From assembly GCA_013265495.1 (NCBI GenBank), contig MU058844.1:9010184-9074183 (forward strand): DNA of 64,000 nt, read 5' to 3'. Below are positions 62,690 through 64,000 of this stretch, in pieces (position 1 is the stretch's first letter; every line of letters starts with the position of its first letter). Both the position numbers and the translations under genes were made by a program. Source of the DNA: Vicugna vicugna. Lineage: Eukaryota. The notes beneath the pieces are model-generated. The model was not told the DNA's origin. It saw only the letters and a list, made by a program, of their open reading frames with translations, and made no database searches.

Positions 62690-63560
62690 CCATGATCATC
62701 TGAAGTTCAACCAGCCACAAATTCAAGGAACCCATCCTAGTTTTTGTTTATTCCTCTCATGATTAATCACCATTCAACTGGTGCCCTAAGCCAGGCATCT
62801 GCTGCTTCTCCTCCCTAATCAGTTCCTACTTCTTGTAAATTTGACCTCCCACATCCTCCAGGGTGCCTCTTCTTCTCCAGTTTCATCACCGTTGCCTTGC
62901 TCCATATCTTTACCATCTGCTGAATGGATTTTCCCAAAGGAAATCCTAATTCTGGTCTCATGTGTGCCTGTACCCCACCTCAATCCAGTTCACCCTCCAT
63001 AACCAGTGTTTTTGGAGAACACACATTTTATCCTTTCATTTTGCTGCCTGATATTATTTAAAAGCTCCCATTGCCTACCAGATAAAATCTGAACTTCCTT
63101 AGGTGTGTCATGGAAGGTTCTCACTATCTTCCCTTTATTTTTCTCATCTGCCCACCATCGTACTCTGTGCTCCAGCCATGTCAGATGGTTTCCTAGGAGG
63201 TTTCTGATCTTTCTCATCTCCTGGATTTTGTGCACACTATTTCCTCTGCTGAGGAAGTCTTTCATTCACACCTAACTACAGGGACAGCTACTATTAGACT
63301 TTAAAGTCTCAGCTTTAGTATCATCTTTTCAGACAATGCCACCCTGATAGCCTAGTCTAGGGGCTTTCTTTTTTGGGCTCCCCTAAAGAAACATGTATGT
63401 ATTTCTATTTTATCCTGTAGTGTTGGAATATACTATTTGTTCATAAATCTTGTCACTCTCATAGAACTGTGTAACTCCTAAAAGGCAGTGACTGTGATCT
63501 ATTCATCTCTGTGTCTCCAATGATTGGTATAAAGTAAATTTCAGTGAAATATTTGTTAAT
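62690..63560 (+). mobile_element. L2 LINE (3' ~870 bp)
   Basis: ttctccagtttcatcaccgttgcc...cctaattctggtctc...gctcccattgcctaccagataaaatctgaacttcctta...ctctgtgctccagcca...ctattcatctctgtgtctcca...aaatatttgttaat. Confidence 0.8.
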
Positions 63561-64000
63561 TAATTAATAACATTAAATAAGTAAATATTTTTATCTCTCA
63601 ATGGCATATTTTGTTTTGGATTGGTGTTGGGTGTTTTTTTTTTGTGATCTCGTATACTCAATCTAAACATTCCTATAAAAGAATGAAAGTGTGCAATCCT
63701 TGGAGTTGTTCACAAAATTAGTCAAATTTAAATTATTCTGTATTATCATTATGCTATCATACTAGTGTTAAGTTCAATATGATGTATCTGATGCATTTTG
63801 AAATTATTTTGTATACTCATCTGAGCAGCATATTATAAAAATATGTATGTTAAATATCATGGACTAGCATTTTCTGAACATTGAAACCAAGTTAATTTAA
63901 TAACAGCAATGTATAGTCAACTGGGTCATTTCATTCATTCTTTAAACTCAAATTTTATCATTTGAATTTTTTTCTTCCTACTGGGATACATTTTTTATAT

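Noticed and set aside
62660..62770. Strong-looking acceptor (cttttctcctcctatag) followed by an open frame
   Set aside because: It lies at the start of the pyrimidine-rich L2 element, the frame closes after about 24 codons, and no good donor follows.
1..64000. All other 60-123 aa ORFs as protein-coding genes
   Set aside because: Many lie in L1, L2, MLT or MER2 repeats (e.g. 4284-4508, 27784-28152, 38030-38263, 59632-60003). The rest are short F/L/I/S-rich frames typical of AT-rich non-coding DNA, and none resembles a protein I recognise.
1..64000. A novel multi-component biological system, CpG-island promoter, or intact ERV/L1
   Set aside because: No CpG island, no long ORFs, and no gag/pol/env or intact ORF1/ORF2. 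All recognised mobile elements are truncated, decayed, non-autonomous or solo LTRs.

Overview
AT-rich, CpG-depleted, non-coding eutherian genomic DNA (deep intron or intergenic). It is densely filled with old interspersed repeats: many L2 and MIR fragments, L1M-type 3' ends, MaLR/ERVL solo LTRs, and the DNA transposons MER5A, MER2B-like and ORSL-like. It also holds three younger L1 3' ends of cetartiodactyl type. I saw no Alu, B1/B2, Bov-A/tA, PRE-1, CAN or ERE SINEs, so a camelid is my best guess (inference, moderate confidence). No protein-coding exon could be recognised, and none of the listed ORFs looks like a real gene. The only protein homology I can read is a decayed L1 ORF2 reverse-transcriptase fragment at ~25.36-25.68 kb. 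I found no evidence of a novel multi-gene system. The most striking local observation is a 39-bp insertion at 8428-8466: the 5' half of tRNA-Lys(CTT) plus 5 extra 5' nucleotides, with no poly(A), between perfect target-site duplications at an L1-endonuclease TT/AAAA site (a 'tailless retropseudogene'). Other oddities are a tail-less L1 RT fragment embedded in another L1 3' end, a ~60-bp direct repeat bracketing ~800 bp, nested transposons, and several candidate enhancers. Repeat subfamily names come from recalled consensus sequences and boundaries are approximate unless stated; confirm with RepeatMasker/Dfam.
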